Notes: generated by a model not told the origin, from the letters alone. 64,000 nucleotides of DNA from Verrucomicrobiia bacterium (GCA_035526825.1 DATLBT010000012.1:1414-65413), one strand, 5' to 3'; numbered from the stretch's first letter, positions 1-8,877 are shown. Made by a program: numbers and translations.

Positions 1-1
1 T

Positions 2-553
2 GCGCCGCGCGCGCAGCTGGCCGAAGTCGGTGCGCGTCTGGCCGGCGCGCAGCCGCACGACGAGTTCGCGCTGGGTGATCGCGTCGGCAAGCGCGCGCTC
101 GATGCGTTGCTCGGTCGCTGGGCCGGCGCCGCCGGCACGCTCGCGGAAATCCATCCCGCGCCACCGGCGTCGGCGTTCGCGCCGCGTTTCGGCGCCGCCG
201 TCTACACGTTGCGCGGCACCGGTTTCGATGGCGTCGTGCTGGTCGAACACGACCTGTGCGACGTGCTCGCGCCGCCGCTGGCCGCCGTGCGCGCGCCGCT
301 GGCGACGCGCGACGTCGCGCTCGTCGAGGCGCCGGTGCAGTTGCAGGTGACGCTCGACCTGGGCGAGGCCGACCTGCGCGACGTGTCGCAACTGCAGGTC
401 GGCGACGTGCTGCTGGCCGATGCCGGCGTCGACGCGTTGTTCCACCTCGTGCATCCCGATGCGCGCCCGCTCGCGGACGCGCGCCTGTACCGTCGCGGCG
501 CGCAACTGGCGCTGCAGGTTCTTCCTTCTCATCAAGCGAAATCCAAGCCGTGA
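2..553 (+). CDS. fliM: Flagellar motor switch protein FliM, C-terminal part (5' end outside window)
   Basis: The frame is open from the window edge. It has a SpoA-like C-terminal segment (VQLQVTLDLGEADLRDVSQLQVGDVLLAD). Its stop overlaps the GTG start of the fliN-like gene (GTGA). It sits upstream of fliN-fliO-fliP. Confidence 0.5.
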   Translation, partial: APRAQLAEVGARLAGAQPHDEFALGDRVGKRALDALLGRWAGAAGTLAEIHPAPPASAFAPRFGAAVYTLRGTGFDGVVLVEHDLCDVLAPPLAAVRAPLATRDVALVEAPVQLQVTLDLGEADLRDVSQLQVGDVLLADAGVDALFHLVHPDARPLADARLYRRGAQLALQVLPSHQAKSKP

Positions 554-852
554 AAAAAGACCTCAACCGCATCCAGGCCGGCGAAGCTCCCGATAGCGCC
601 CCCGAGGGCGCCGCGCTCGTCGCCAAGGACATCAGCCTCGTCGGCCACGTGCCGGTCACCCTGACCGCGCTGGTGGGCAGCGTGTCGATCACCGTCGAGC
701 GGCTGTTCGCGCTGCGCAAGGGCGAAGTGCTCGAGATGAACGAATCGGTCGACGAGCCGGTGACGCTGCTGCTCAATGGCAAGGCGATCGCGCGCGGCGA
801 GCTGGTGGCCGTCGACGACAAGCTCGGTATCCGGATCACGGAACTGGCATGA
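550..852 (+). CDS. fliN: Flagellar motor switch protein FliN
   Basis: 100-aa product with a typical FliN/SpoA C-terminus (VPVTLTALVGSVSITVERLFALRKGEVLEMNESVDEPVTLLLNGKAIARGELVAVDDKLGIRITEL). GTG start overlaps the fliM stop. Confidence 0.85.
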   Translation: MKKDLNRIQAGEAPDSAPEGAALVAKDISLVGHVPVTLTALVGSVSITVERLFALRKGEVLEMNESVDEPVTLLLNGKAIARGELVAVDDKLGIRITELA

Positions 853-1241
853 GCACCGCGTCGACCGCGCCCGCGACGGCGACATCGCCTGCGGCCGCAC
901 CCGGCACACAGGCATCGCAGCCGGCGCCGATCCCGTTCCGCAACAGCGGCGTCACGTCCGGCGGCGAAGTGTTCGGCATCCTGGCGACGACGCTGCTGCT
1001 GCTCGCGGCGGTCGCCGCGGCCGCCTGGTACGCGCGCCGCAAGGGCTGGCTCGACCGTTGGGCGAATGCGCCTGCCGCATCGGGCAATGCACCCGCGACG
1101 CGCCTGCGCGTCGTCGACCGGCTGCGCCTGAGCCGGCGCACGACCGTGTTCCGCATCGCCGACGGGCAGGGCGAATACCTGCTCGTCGAATCCGATCACG
1201 GCGCGACGCTGGTTGCGGCGGCGACGGGAGCCGCGCCATGA
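849..1241 (+). CDS. fliO: Flagellar biosynthesis protein FliO
   Basis: Small protein with a single TM helix (VFGILATTLLLLAAVAAAAWYARRKGW). ATGA overlap with fliN, and its 3' end overlaps the fliP start. This is the canonical fliN-fliO-fliP position. Confidence 0.65.
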   Translation: MSTASTAPATATSPAAAPGTQASQPAPIPFRNSGVTSGGEVFGILATTLLLLAAVAAAAWYARRKGWLDRWANAPAASGNAPATRLRVVDRLRLSRRTTVFRIADGQGEYLLVESDHGATLVAAATGAAP

Positions 1242-1987
1242 CGCGCTCCTTGCTTCGCACGCTCGCCATCGGCGCCGTGCTGGCCGGTTCGCTGCTCGCC
1301 TGCGGCATCGCCGACGCCTCGCCGGTGACCGCCGCGCTCGATACGGCGGTCAAGCAGGATTTCTCGCCGGTGGTGCGCACGTTCGTGCTGCTCAGCCTGC
1401 TGGCGGTGCTGCCGGTCATCCTCATCGGGCTGACTTCGTTCACCCGCATCATCATCGTGCTGTCGCTGCTGCGGCACGCGCTGGGCCTGCCGGCCACGCC
1501 GCCCAACAGCGTGCTCATCACGCTGGCGGTGTTCCTGACGTTGTTCTCGATGGGGCCGGTGATGGAACGCGTCAATGCCGACGCGTTGCAGCCCTACCTC
1601 AAGGAAGAGATCACCGTCGCGAAGGCCATCGACATCGGCGCGGTTCCCGTGCGCGAGTTCATGGTGCGGCAGACGCGCGAGTCCGACCTCGCCGCGGTGC
1701 TCGACATGGCGCGCGCGCCGAAGCCCGAGACGATCGACGACATCAAGTTCACCCACCTGGCGCCGGCCTTCCTGCTCAGCGAACTGAAGACGGCGTTCCA
1801 GATCGGCTTCGTGATCTTCCTGCCGTTCCTGCTGGTCGACATCGTGGTGGCGGCGATCCTGATGGCGCTCGGCATGATCATGGTGCCGCCGGCGACGATC
1901 AGCCTGCCGATCAAGATATTGCTGTTCATCCTGGTCGACGGGTGGGTGCTGATCGCACGCGCCTTGCTCAACAGCTACTGGACCTAG
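1238..1987 (+). CDS. fliP: Flagellar type III export apparatus protein FliP
   Basis: Signal-like N-terminus followed by the conserved FliP/SctR core (FTRIIIVLSLLRHALGLPATPPNSVLITLAVFLTLFSMGPV ... FLLSELKTAFQIGFVIFLPFLLVDIVVAAILMALGMIMVPP). Confidence 0.9.
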   Translation: MTRSLLRTLAIGAVLAGSLLACGIADASPVTAALDTAVKQDFSPVVRTFVLLSLLAVLPVILIGLTSFTRIIIVLSLLRHALGLPATPPNSVLITLAVFLTLFSMGPVMERVNADALQPYLKEEITVAKAIDIGAVPVREFMVRQTRESDLAAVLDMARAPKPETIDDIKFTHLAPAFLLSELKTAFQIGFVIFLPFLLVDIVVAAILMALGMIMVPPATISLPIKILLFILVDGWVLIARALLNSYWT

Positions 1988-1997
1988 GCACGACGCC

Positions 1998-2705
1998 GTG
2001 GAGGCCCTGGCCGTCGACGACGAGCGAGCGCTGTGGTCGAGCCTGCGCATCGGCGGGAACGACGCCGCGTCGGCGCTGTTGTTCGCACGCTACGCGCCGT
2101 GGGCCCGCTCGGTGGCGCGCGACGTGTACCGGCGGCTGCGCAATCCATTGCTGGAGTGGGGCGACTACGCGCAGAACGCGAGCGTCGGCCTGCTCGAGGC
2201 GATGGGGCGCTTCGACGCGGAGCGGGGCATCGACTTCATCGCCTACGCCAAGCCGCGCGTGCGCGGCGCCGTCTTCAACGGCGTGCGCGTCTTCATGGAC
2301 CAGCAGGGCGACGCCCGCGAGGACCGCGTGCGCCAGCGCGTGCTGTCGATCGAGCCGAACGAGTCGGGCGGCTTGCTCGAGCAACTGATCGGCACCGTCA
2401 CGGGCCTGGCGATCGGCCACCTGCTGGATGCCGATGCGCACGGCAGCTGGAGCGACTCCGGCGAAGCCAGCGCCCTGGTCGAGCACCACCAGCTGCAGCA
2501 GGCGCTCGGCATTGCGCTGGATTCCCTGCCGGACAAGGAGCGCCTGGTGCTCACGCTGCACTACTACCAGCACCTGCCGTTCGTGCAGATCGCGCAGATG
2601 TTGTCGCTGACCAAGGGCCGGATCTCGCAATTGCACAAGGCGGGGCTGGAGCGCATGTCGGCGCGGCTGGCGTCGCGGCGGATGGGGGTTGGGCAGGTGT
2701 TTTGA
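1998..2705 (+). CDS. Sigma-70 family RNA polymerase sigma factor, FliA/sigma-28-like
   Basis: Region 2-like segment (GLLEAMGRFDAERGIDFIAYAKPRVRGAV) and region 4 HTH (LPDKERLVLTLHYYQHLPFVQIAQMLSLTKGRISQLHKAGLERM). Flagellar context. Confidence 0.75.
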   Translation: MEALAVDDERALWSSLRIGGNDAASALLFARYAPWARSVARDVYRRLRNPLLEWGDYAQNASVGLLEAMGRFDAERGIDFIAYAKPRVRGAVFNGVRVFMDQQGDAREDRVRQRVLSIEPNESGGLLEQLIGTVTGLAIGHLLDADAHGSWSDSGEASALVEHHQLQQALGIALDSLPDKERLVLTLHYYQHLPFVQIAQMLSLTKGRISQLHKAGLERMSARLASRRMGVGQVF

Positions 2706-2811
2706 CCCGCGTATTGCGCCGGACCGGCGCAGCAGGAGGACGGACATTGTCGTCTCACGCCTGCGATGCCCCGCTCACTGGCCAAAGGCCGGCCACAAGA
2801 GCGTTAAGTGG

Positions 2812-3915
2812 ATGACAGGGGCGGGGGAGGGCAGCGTGGATCTGCACGACACGGCACGACAGCTCGTAGTTCGATGGGTCAGGGACGTGATCGGGCAGCA
2901 TGGAGCCTCGATCCGGGGGGCGGTCTGGGGCCGGATGTCCGCGCTGGGGGCGCTTGACCTGAGCCTCTCGAACCTGCCGGAGGATCGATGGTTCGACGCA
3001 CTGCCACCCAATGGAGGCGCCAGGGTCTTTTTCGAAGGCACCCTGTTGCCCCAGCAACGTGCCGAGCGCCGGAATGATCAGGAAATGGCGGGGCTGGTGC
3101 TTCGCTGCATCCGTGGACTTCGCGATGACTGGATGCCGCTGCTTGTCATGCAATGGCAAACATTTGGCGAAGGAGAATCGCACAGCCTCGAAATCGACCT
3201 GGTGTTATCGACTCTCGACGGATCCGGGTTTAGCGCGAGTGGTCCGACCGAAATGTCGAGGCTCTATTTTGCGTTCGTCGAGGACGTCGAGCTCGTTCCT
3301 GCACGTCATGCAATCTATGGGCCCGACGGGTTGCCGATTTCCGGTCACGTCATGCACCGGGGACTTCGTCATCTTCGCTTCGCCGGCCTGCTTGCCGGTG
3401 ACTTCCTTCAACTGGTTGCGCGGATCAACGCGGTGGATCCGGATTCGGTCACGCCCACGCAACGCCAAATTCGAGGCGGACAGCTCCGCCGATTCCTGAC
3501 GGACACTCCATTGCCCATCCTGGAGTTTTTCATCGATCCCGAGAGCAAGGAGCTGGCCGGGATGGAGATCGCCTTCGGCAACTGGTGCGTACTGGGCATG
3601 GACGACTCGGCGACGAACGAGGATGTGATCGTTCGTGTCGTGGATCCGGATGCCGACGAGCCGGCATTGGAACAGGGCGGGCTGAAATTGCTGGCTCCCG
3701 CGCCTGGATTCTGGCGAGAGCGGCTGCTCGACATTTTCTCTCTCGTCCATGTGCCGGATGCGGATTTCGAAACCGACGAGCTAATCGGCGGCACGCCGGC
3801 AAATATTCCACCGATGGCCCCGCCCGCCGGCAAGTCGGATGAGGTAGCCCCGCCGGAGATCGAACAAGCCGAGGCGATGCCGTTCAGTCGTCGTGGCTAC
3901 TACGAGGCGCAGTGA
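2812..3915 (+). CDS. Hypothetical protein, no recognisable domain; coupled to the downstream MBL-fold gene
   Basis: Long ORF with protein-like composition and visibly lower GC than the flagellar genes. First ATG at 2812. Its stop overlaps the start of the next gene (GTGATGA at 3912-3918). Confidence 0.55.
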   Translation: MTGAGEGSVDLHDTARQLVVRWVRDVIGQHGASIRGAVWGRMSALGALDLSLSNLPEDRWFDALPPNGGARVFFEGTLLPQQRAERRNDQEMAGLVLRCIRGLRDDWMPLLVMQWQTFGEGESHSLEIDLVLSTLDGSGFSASGPTEMSRLYFAFVEDVELVPARHAIYGPDGLPISGHVMHRGLRHLRFAGLLAGDFLQLVARINAVDPDSVTPTQRQIRGGQLRRFLTDTPLPILEFFIDPESKELAGMEIAFGNWCVLGMDDSATNEDVIVRVVDPDADEPALEQGGLKLLAPAPGFWRERLLDIFSLVHVPDADFETDELIGGTPANIPPMAPPAGKSDEVAPPEIEQAEAMPFSRRGYYEAQ

Positions 3916-4799
3916 TGACAACGGCAAGAGTCCGGCAGAGGATCACCAATGCAGACGTCGTGAGCGTCAACGGCGTCGATCCAGCCATGGGAGTTCAATC
4001 GATTCGCGGCATTCGCGTCCATGACATCGGACAGGGCGACTCGATCAGCATTCTCGACGAGGCTGGAAGTCCATTCCTTCAAATCGACTACGGGGGCCGG
4101 GTTGGCAACCCGCTGGTCACTGCGCTCGACATCGACACCCAGATGAATGTTGCCGGCGCGGGATTGCTCATGCTCACGCATTGGGACGAAGACCACTGGT
4201 GTTCTGCGCGCAAGGGAACGGTGGCCCAGACGCTGAACTGGCTGGTTCCGCGCCAGATCACGTCGCCGCGGGCGGTCGAGTTTTCGGCAAGGCTGGCGAA
4301 CATCCACTGCGTACCCGAATCCATGGTCGGCAACGCCTACAAATTCGAGACCGCACTCGGGGATGAAATCTGGTGGGAGAAAATCGCCGCGGCGCCGGGG
4401 CCTGCGGCGACGGAAGAGAACTGCAACCACACCGGCATCGGTTTCTCGATCGTAAGGAACCGGCCCGATGGACGTCGGCAGGTCATCCTGCTGCCTGGAG
4501 ATGCTCCGTTCGACGACATCAGCCATTACAAGACGCATCTGGCCGCCGGCATCGAACTGCGTGGCGTCTTGGCATTTCACCACGGTACGAACCAGCACTG
4601 GTCGGCAGCCTCCGCCAACTTGCTTAAAGGGTGGAGCCCGACCTCGCGGTCTGTGGACGTCGTTTTTTCCTGCGCGCGTAACAACAGCTACGGCCACCCG
4701 CATAAGCTGTGGTACCAGCAGATGCCTTACGCAAGGAAGCTGCGAACGACACCCGGCCTGCGGCGCGCGGGATTGAAGCACTTCGACATGGTTTTTTGA
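3912..4799 (+). CDS. Metallo-beta-lactamase fold hydrolase, ComEC/Rec2-type MBL domain (stand-alone)
   Basis: VHDIGQGDSISIL resembles the ComEC MBL motif DVGQGDA. The HxDxDH-type metal motif is LTHWDEDHW. Later conserved His/Asp residues occur in LLPGDAPFDD and AFHHG. The start may be the ATG at 3915. Confidence 0.7.
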   Translation: MMTTARVRQRITNADVVSVNGVDPAMGVQSIRGIRVHDIGQGDSISILDEAGSPFLQIDYGGRVGNPLVTALDIDTQMNVAGAGLLMLTHWDEDHWCSARKGTVAQTLNWLVPRQITSPRAVEFSARLANIHCVPESMVGNAYKFETALGDEIWWEKIAAAPGPAATEENCNHTGIGFSIVRNRPDGRRQVILLPGDAPFDDISHYKTHLAAGIELRGVLAFHHGTNQHWSAASANLLKGWSPTSRSVDVVFSCARNNSYGHPHKLWYQQMPYARKLRTTPGLRRAGLKHFDMVF

Positions 4800-4954
4800 G
4801 GAGGGCACTGCTTGACGGTGTCGCGGAACGGGCGAAGTGCCGGTTACGTCGATTCTGTGGAGTGCGCATAATGTATATTATGTCACTTACAGGTTGAGAC
4901 TACCGCTCCCAACGGCGCCCCGCAGCCGCGCGACCTTCGTGCCCTCCAGCTAGA

Positions 4955-5100
4955 AATCTGTATCCCTTCTAGCCGCAATCTGTATCCCTTCCCGCAGTAA
5001 GCCTGTATCCAAAGCTACGGACCGGGCAATCAGGGATCGGCCAGGTTGGCCAACTGAACTCCGATCGCAGGCATCGGCGAGCCGCAATCTGTATCCTTTT
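4955..5100. repeat. Iteron-like direct repeats upstream of the recombinase paralogues
   Basis: The identical 15-mer AATCTGTATCCCTTC occurs at 4955-4969 and 4977-4991. A degenerate core CTGTATCC lies at 5003-5010. AATCTGTATCCTTTT lies at 5086-5100. The 17-mer AGCCGCAATCTGTATCC occurs at 4971-4987 and 5080-5096. Confidence 0.7.
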
Positions 5101-5188
5101 CGACCGCAACGATCGATCCCGATCGGCGGACGCACATTTCCCGGTCCCCCGACCCAGTGGCTGAAGCTCGATCGCATGCGGGCGCGCC

Positions 5189-6205
5189 ATGGCGGAATGG
5201 TTCGAGACGATTTGGAGTCAGGCGTTGGTGGCCGATGCCACCAAGATTCAGTATGCCTCTGGGCTGCGCTACTGGGATGCCTGGCATCGGCTGCGATACG
5301 GATCTCCCTTGCCGCTGGGTCTTCGGCCTCCAGCCCTGGTTCCCCCAGCCACGCTCGAAGACTTCATTTCTGACCACATGGCGATCGCCCAGGGCGGCCG
5401 CCTGCAGATGCGCATGCCTCCAAGGATCCTGGCCGGGCTTCAGGAGGCTCAATTCGTTCGAGCCGCAGCAGTTTCGCCACGAACGACAAACTGGAGGCTC
5501 GATGTCCTCGGGAAGGCGCACACCTTGCTTGGCCTCCCCTTCGATCGCGCCCAGATCCGATCTCGGCAAGCCGAGATCGCCGCGGTTTACGAGTCCGAGA
5601 AGGCGGCGCTGGGTACGCCCACCTCCGTGCCAATGTCGGCCAAGAATATCGTCCAAACACTGGTCGCTGCGTGCACGGATGATCGCGAGGGCATCCAGGA
5701 TGCGGCTCTCATCCACTTCCTTTGTCGATTGAAGCCGGATGACGTCGCACGCATTCGATTCAAGGACCTGGTACCGGGGCATCTGAAGGTCGACCCTGAT
5801 GTCGACATCGTTGCCCTATTACTCGATGAGCCCGCGGCGGGTCCGCTCACCTTCAGGTCCCAACTGCACTTCATTGGCGAGGAAGCAACAGACATCAAGT
5901 TCTGGGGCGCGATCCGAGAGGATGAAGCGTCGGGCGATGACTTGTTCTTCGTCCATTTGACGCGGTCGGGTGAACTCGTCCCACTCAACGCCCTGCGTAT
6001 CGCGCGCCGCCTTAAATTGTTGGCGCGCCGTGCGGGACTCGCCGATATGCGCAGCAATCGCGCTTGTTCACCGACGGGATTGCGGAAGGCCTTCGAACGC
6101 GAACACCACGAGTCCCTGCCCCTCACGAAGGTCGCTCGCGCTGCTCGCGTGAGCCTCCGGTCGGCGAAGCTGCTGACGCGTGGAATGAAGCCGGGCAACC
6201 GCTGA
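5189..6205 (+). CDS. Cre-like tyrosine recombinase paralogue, probably catalytically degenerate
   Basis: The N-terminal motif YASGLRYWDAWHRLRYG parallels YASALRYWAAWFQGRFG of the intact integrase at 10599. The C-terminal region aligns (DAALIHFLCRLKPDD; TGLRKAF), but the HxLR histidine is not evident and no Tyr aligns with the nucleophile position (VSLRSAKLL versus RSVKQAMDY). Confidence 0.6.
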   Translation: MAEWFETIWSQALVADATKIQYASGLRYWDAWHRLRYGSPLPLGLRPPALVPPATLEDFISDHMAIAQGGRLQMRMPPRILAGLQEAQFVRAAAVSPRTTNWRLDVLGKAHTLLGLPFDRAQIRSRQAEIAAVYESEKAALGTPTSVPMSAKNIVQTLVAACTDDREGIQDAALIHFLCRLKPDDVARIRFKDLVPGHLKVDPDVDIVALLLDEPAAGPLTFRSQLHFIGEEATDIKFWGAIREDEASGDDLFFVHLTRSGELVPLNALRIARRLKLLARRAGLADMRSNRACSPTGLRKAFEREHHESLPLTKVARAARVSLRSAKLLTRGMKPGNR

Positions 6206-6217
6206 GAAGATTGCGAA

Positions 6218-7270
6218 ATGGAGATCCCAGGCTGGATCAACGAGAGATTTGCTGTAGCGCGACTGGCACCCAAGTCGCGGGAGATGTACTGTCAATCCCT
6301 GGTGTATTGGGAGCTGTGGCATCGGCTTCGCTTGGGAGGGTCGTCCCCCTTGGCAGACGAGGTACCTCGACCTGTGTCTCCCGAGGCGGTAGATAAATTC
6401 GTCGACGATCATTGCGCGCTCGCTGTCGAGGGTCAGTTGCGAATGCGGATGCCGGAGGCCACTGACCGAGGCCTGCGCGAACAAGGATTCAACCGACGTA
6501 CCGGTTGCATCAGCCCCCGCACCCTTTTCGTCCGCATCGACGCACTGACGCAGTTCCATGCGCTGTGCGGCTTGCGATTCGATCGCCGGGCCGCCTTCAA
6601 ACGACGCCAAGAAGTGTTTTCGTTGTGGGAATCGGAACGGGCGCTGGCCGGCGCTCCCAGCGCCGTGCCAATGACGCTCAAGGCGGCGATCGATGCGTTG
6701 ATGGCGGTCTGCGGCGAGGATTACGAGGGCCGGCGAGATGCCGCCTTGATCTTGCTGGCGGCGCGCTTGTCCGTGACGCAGATCCGCGAGACGCGGTGTG
6801 GCGACGTCCGTACCGGCTGGGAGGAAGTTCGTGGCGTGTCGCGTTTCATTTCCACAGTGACCGTGGAACACCCTCTGGGCCTGCTGCAAGACTCGCGATT
6901 GCGCTACTGGGACGAGGACGCAGGGATCCTTAAAATCTGGATCGACCTGCGGCGCGCGGACGGCGCAACCGACGACGATCCATTGTTCCCGCGTCGTTTC
7001 ACCTGGACAGCCGTCGGAAAGCCCTCCGTTGCCATCTCGGCGAATTGGGTCCAAGCACGCTTTCGGTACCTCGGCGAACGCGCAGGCGTGGGTGAAATCA
7101 ATGGTCGCTCGGCGACGACCATGCTGGCGTTGCGCAAGGCCTTCGAGCATGAATATTGGGACCGTTCTTTGCTGGTGGGCGTGGCGACGACCACGGGAAT
7201 GAGTCTGAAAACCGTGCGCGGATATGCGCGTAGGCCAGCGCGCTCTAATGAGGACCGTAGCGGCGGGTGA
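6218..7270 (+). CDS. Cre-like tyrosine recombinase paralogue (second tandem copy)
   Basis: YCQSLVYWELWHRLRLGG N-terminal motif. DAALILLAARLSVTQIRE, LALRKAFEHEY and MSLKTVRGY keep candidate Arg/Arg/Tyr positions, but the HxLR His is replaced. Starts 13 nt after the previous paralogue. Confidence 0.6.
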   Translation: MEIPGWINERFAVARLAPKSREMYCQSLVYWELWHRLRLGGSSPLADEVPRPVSPEAVDKFVDDHCALAVEGQLRMRMPEATDRGLREQGFNRRTGCISPRTLFVRIDALTQFHALCGLRFDRRAAFKRRQEVFSLWESERALAGAPSAVPMTLKAAIDALMAVCGEDYEGRRDAALILLAARLSVTQIRETRCGDVRTGWEEVRGVSRFISTVTVEHPLGLLQDSRLRYWDEDAGILKIWIDLRRADGATDDDPLFPRRFTWTAVGKPSVAISANWVQARFRYLGERAGVGEINGRSATTMLALRKAFEHEYWDRSLLVGVATTTGMSLKTVRGYARRPARSNEDRSGG

Positions 7271-8654
7271 TATAGATCATTCCCCCCGCCATTTCTGCCT
7301 GCTCACGCAGGTCGTCCCACGTGGCACGCGACTCGTCGCTGCCTTCGGTGCGACCGCAAATGCGACGTAAGCCGTTGTCGGTGCGGACAATCGCATCGAA
7401 GGCCTCGGCCACGCGCGTTTCCGCGGAGGGGTGCGACAGGTCGTCGAGCGCAACTCGTCGCGCGATCGCGTTGTCCAGCAAGTCGAGCAAGAACGCTTCG
7501 TAATGCGAGCCCGCGGTGTGTGGGTCGGTTCCGCGAGCTAGCAATCGGCGCAAAGCCGTCAGCTCGTTGTTGGTGACCAGGTACGACGGGAAACTGAAGA
7601 CCGGGCCCAGAGGTGTCTCCTCCACCTGTGCACCCTTCCAGGCATCGGGCGTCGACGTCTCGCGCGCCAGCCATGCCCTGAAGCGTTGCAAGTTCACCAA
7701 GGGAACTGCGGTCTGGTAGGCGCCGCGGCGGAACGACCGTCGCATGGCGTCGAGTCGATCTTCATCGACGGAGATCGGCGCCGGGTCCCATGGTCGAACC
7801 TCCACGATCCATCGGCCTACGTTCTGCGTGTGATGTGGCAGCGGCGACGGCACGACAATGCCCTCGCGCGTGAGGGCCTGCAGCATCGCCGGCAATAGCC
7901 CAGGAGACGGCAGCGGCGGAACGCGCGGCGTGGCGACCGCCAGGTACGGCGGATAGGCGATGTGCACCGGACCGGACGTTATGGCTACCCGCTCTCTAAG
8001 AGCACTCACCCACGCCCATTCCTCGGCCAGGGCGGCGGACAACGCCTCCTCGTCGGGTATGTACAACCCGCTGCTTAGCCCGGCTTGCAGCGCGCAGCCG
8101 CCCGGGCAGTTGAAGGCGCTCTGCCCCGGCGAGCGGGATTGCCACAGCAGGGGCAGCCCGCAATTGGGACAACGGTGCACCAGTGCCTCGCCGTGAACGG
8201 GGCAGCGCTCTAGAAGATCCACCTGCATCGCGTAGCTGTGGGTTCCTGCAGCGATGCAGCTCGGGCACAAGCGCAAGCACTCAGACGGCGTGCTCGACAT
8301 CTCGGGATAGGGGTGCCAGGCCAGCGCGCGGAACTTGAGATCGGGGTTTGGCACCTGTTCTTGGAGCGGCTCCGGAAGTGCAATGTCAGCGACTTGCACC
8401 TGATGCGGGGAGAAGGCCCAACGCACCCACGTCGCCGGCAGCCGGTTCCGGATTTCGGCCTCGTTGAACAGGTTCGCGCGGATGAGACGGCACACATAGG
8501 CGTACCAGGACTCGAACGGCCGTTCCACAGTGTCGAAGCCGATCAGGCTCTCGATTGGCGCAGAGGCATCGGCACCCTGGAAACGCAGGTCGTCCGTGTA
8601 GTCCGCCGGGCTCGCGTCGTCGGGACCTCGTTGCGTCGAATGGGGCGCATTCAT
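7245..8654 (-). CDS. TniQ family protein (orphan, no adjacent tniA/tniB)
   Basis: TniQ-like N-terminus (ESWYAYVCRLIRANLF) and the typical Cys/His zinc-ribbon pattern (LRLCPSCIAAGTHSYAMQVDLLERCPVHGEALVHRCPNCGLPL). The ATG at 8654 follows GAGGTG by 9 nt. The 3' end overlaps the convergent recombinase paralogue by 26 nt. Confidence 0.65.
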   Translation of the reverse strand: MNAPHSTQRGPDDASPADYTDDLRFQGADASAPIESLIGFDTVERPFESWYAYVCRLIRANLFNEAEIRNRLPATWVRWAFSPHQVQVADIALPEPLQEQVPNPDLKFRALAWHPYPEMSSTPSECLRLCPSCIAAGTHSYAMQVDLLERCPVHGEALVHRCPNCGLPLLWQSRSPGQSAFNCPGGCALQAGLSSGLYIPDEEALSAALAEEWAWVSALRERVAITSGPVHIAYPPYLAVATPRVPPLPSPGLLPAMLQALTREGIVVPSPLPHHTQNVGRWIVEVRPWDPAPISVDEDRLDAMRRSFRRGAYQTAVPLVNLQRFRAWLARETSTPDAWKGAQVEETPLGPVFSFPSYLVTNNELTALRRLLARGTDPHTAGSHYEAFLLDLLDNAIARRVALDDLSHPSAETRVAEAFDAIVRTDNGLRRICGRTEGSDESRATWDDLREQAEMAGGMIYITRRYGPH

Positions 8655-8795
8655 AGCACGAATCACCTCTATACGATTCGCTCCAGATCCTCGTCCAGCT
8701 GGGCGGCGCTGACCTCCGCCTCCTCGAGCCACGCCGGCAATTTGTTTACCGCAGAGGAACCGGAGCATCTCCTGCGGAGATTCGGTACATCCGCT

Positions 8796-8877
8796 GCAGT
8801 AGTCCCTGCTCAGCGGATGACAGTTGCAGAACTTCCCGCTCAGCCGTCAACGCTAAGCAGAAGTCCTTGCACAGCGG
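8796..8877. repeat. Three phased imperfect 21-nt direct repeats upstream of the TniQ-like gene
   Basis: GCAGTAGTCCCTGCTCAGCGG (8796), GCAGAACTTCCCGCTCAGCCG (8826) and GCAGAAGTCCTTGCACAGCGG (8857), spaced 30 and 31 nt. Weaker related copies follow up to about 8940. Confidence 0.5.

Noticed and set aside
1196-2050. 284-aa minus-strand ORF antisense to fliO/fliP, plus many similar long ORFs listed below
   Set aside because: These are Arg/Gly/Ala/His-rich shadow ORFs, typical of the non-coding frames of high-GC genes. Each overlaps a gene with clear family motifs. The other examples are 776..1237 upstream of fliP, 1213..2388, 10569..11705 antisense to the integrase, 17402..18346 and 17412..18374 antisense to the Type IIG gene, 23262..24821 and 24277..25350 at copA, 28286..30145 and 29124..31130 at cusA, 31337..32815 at cusB, and 46263..47702 at the giant kinase.
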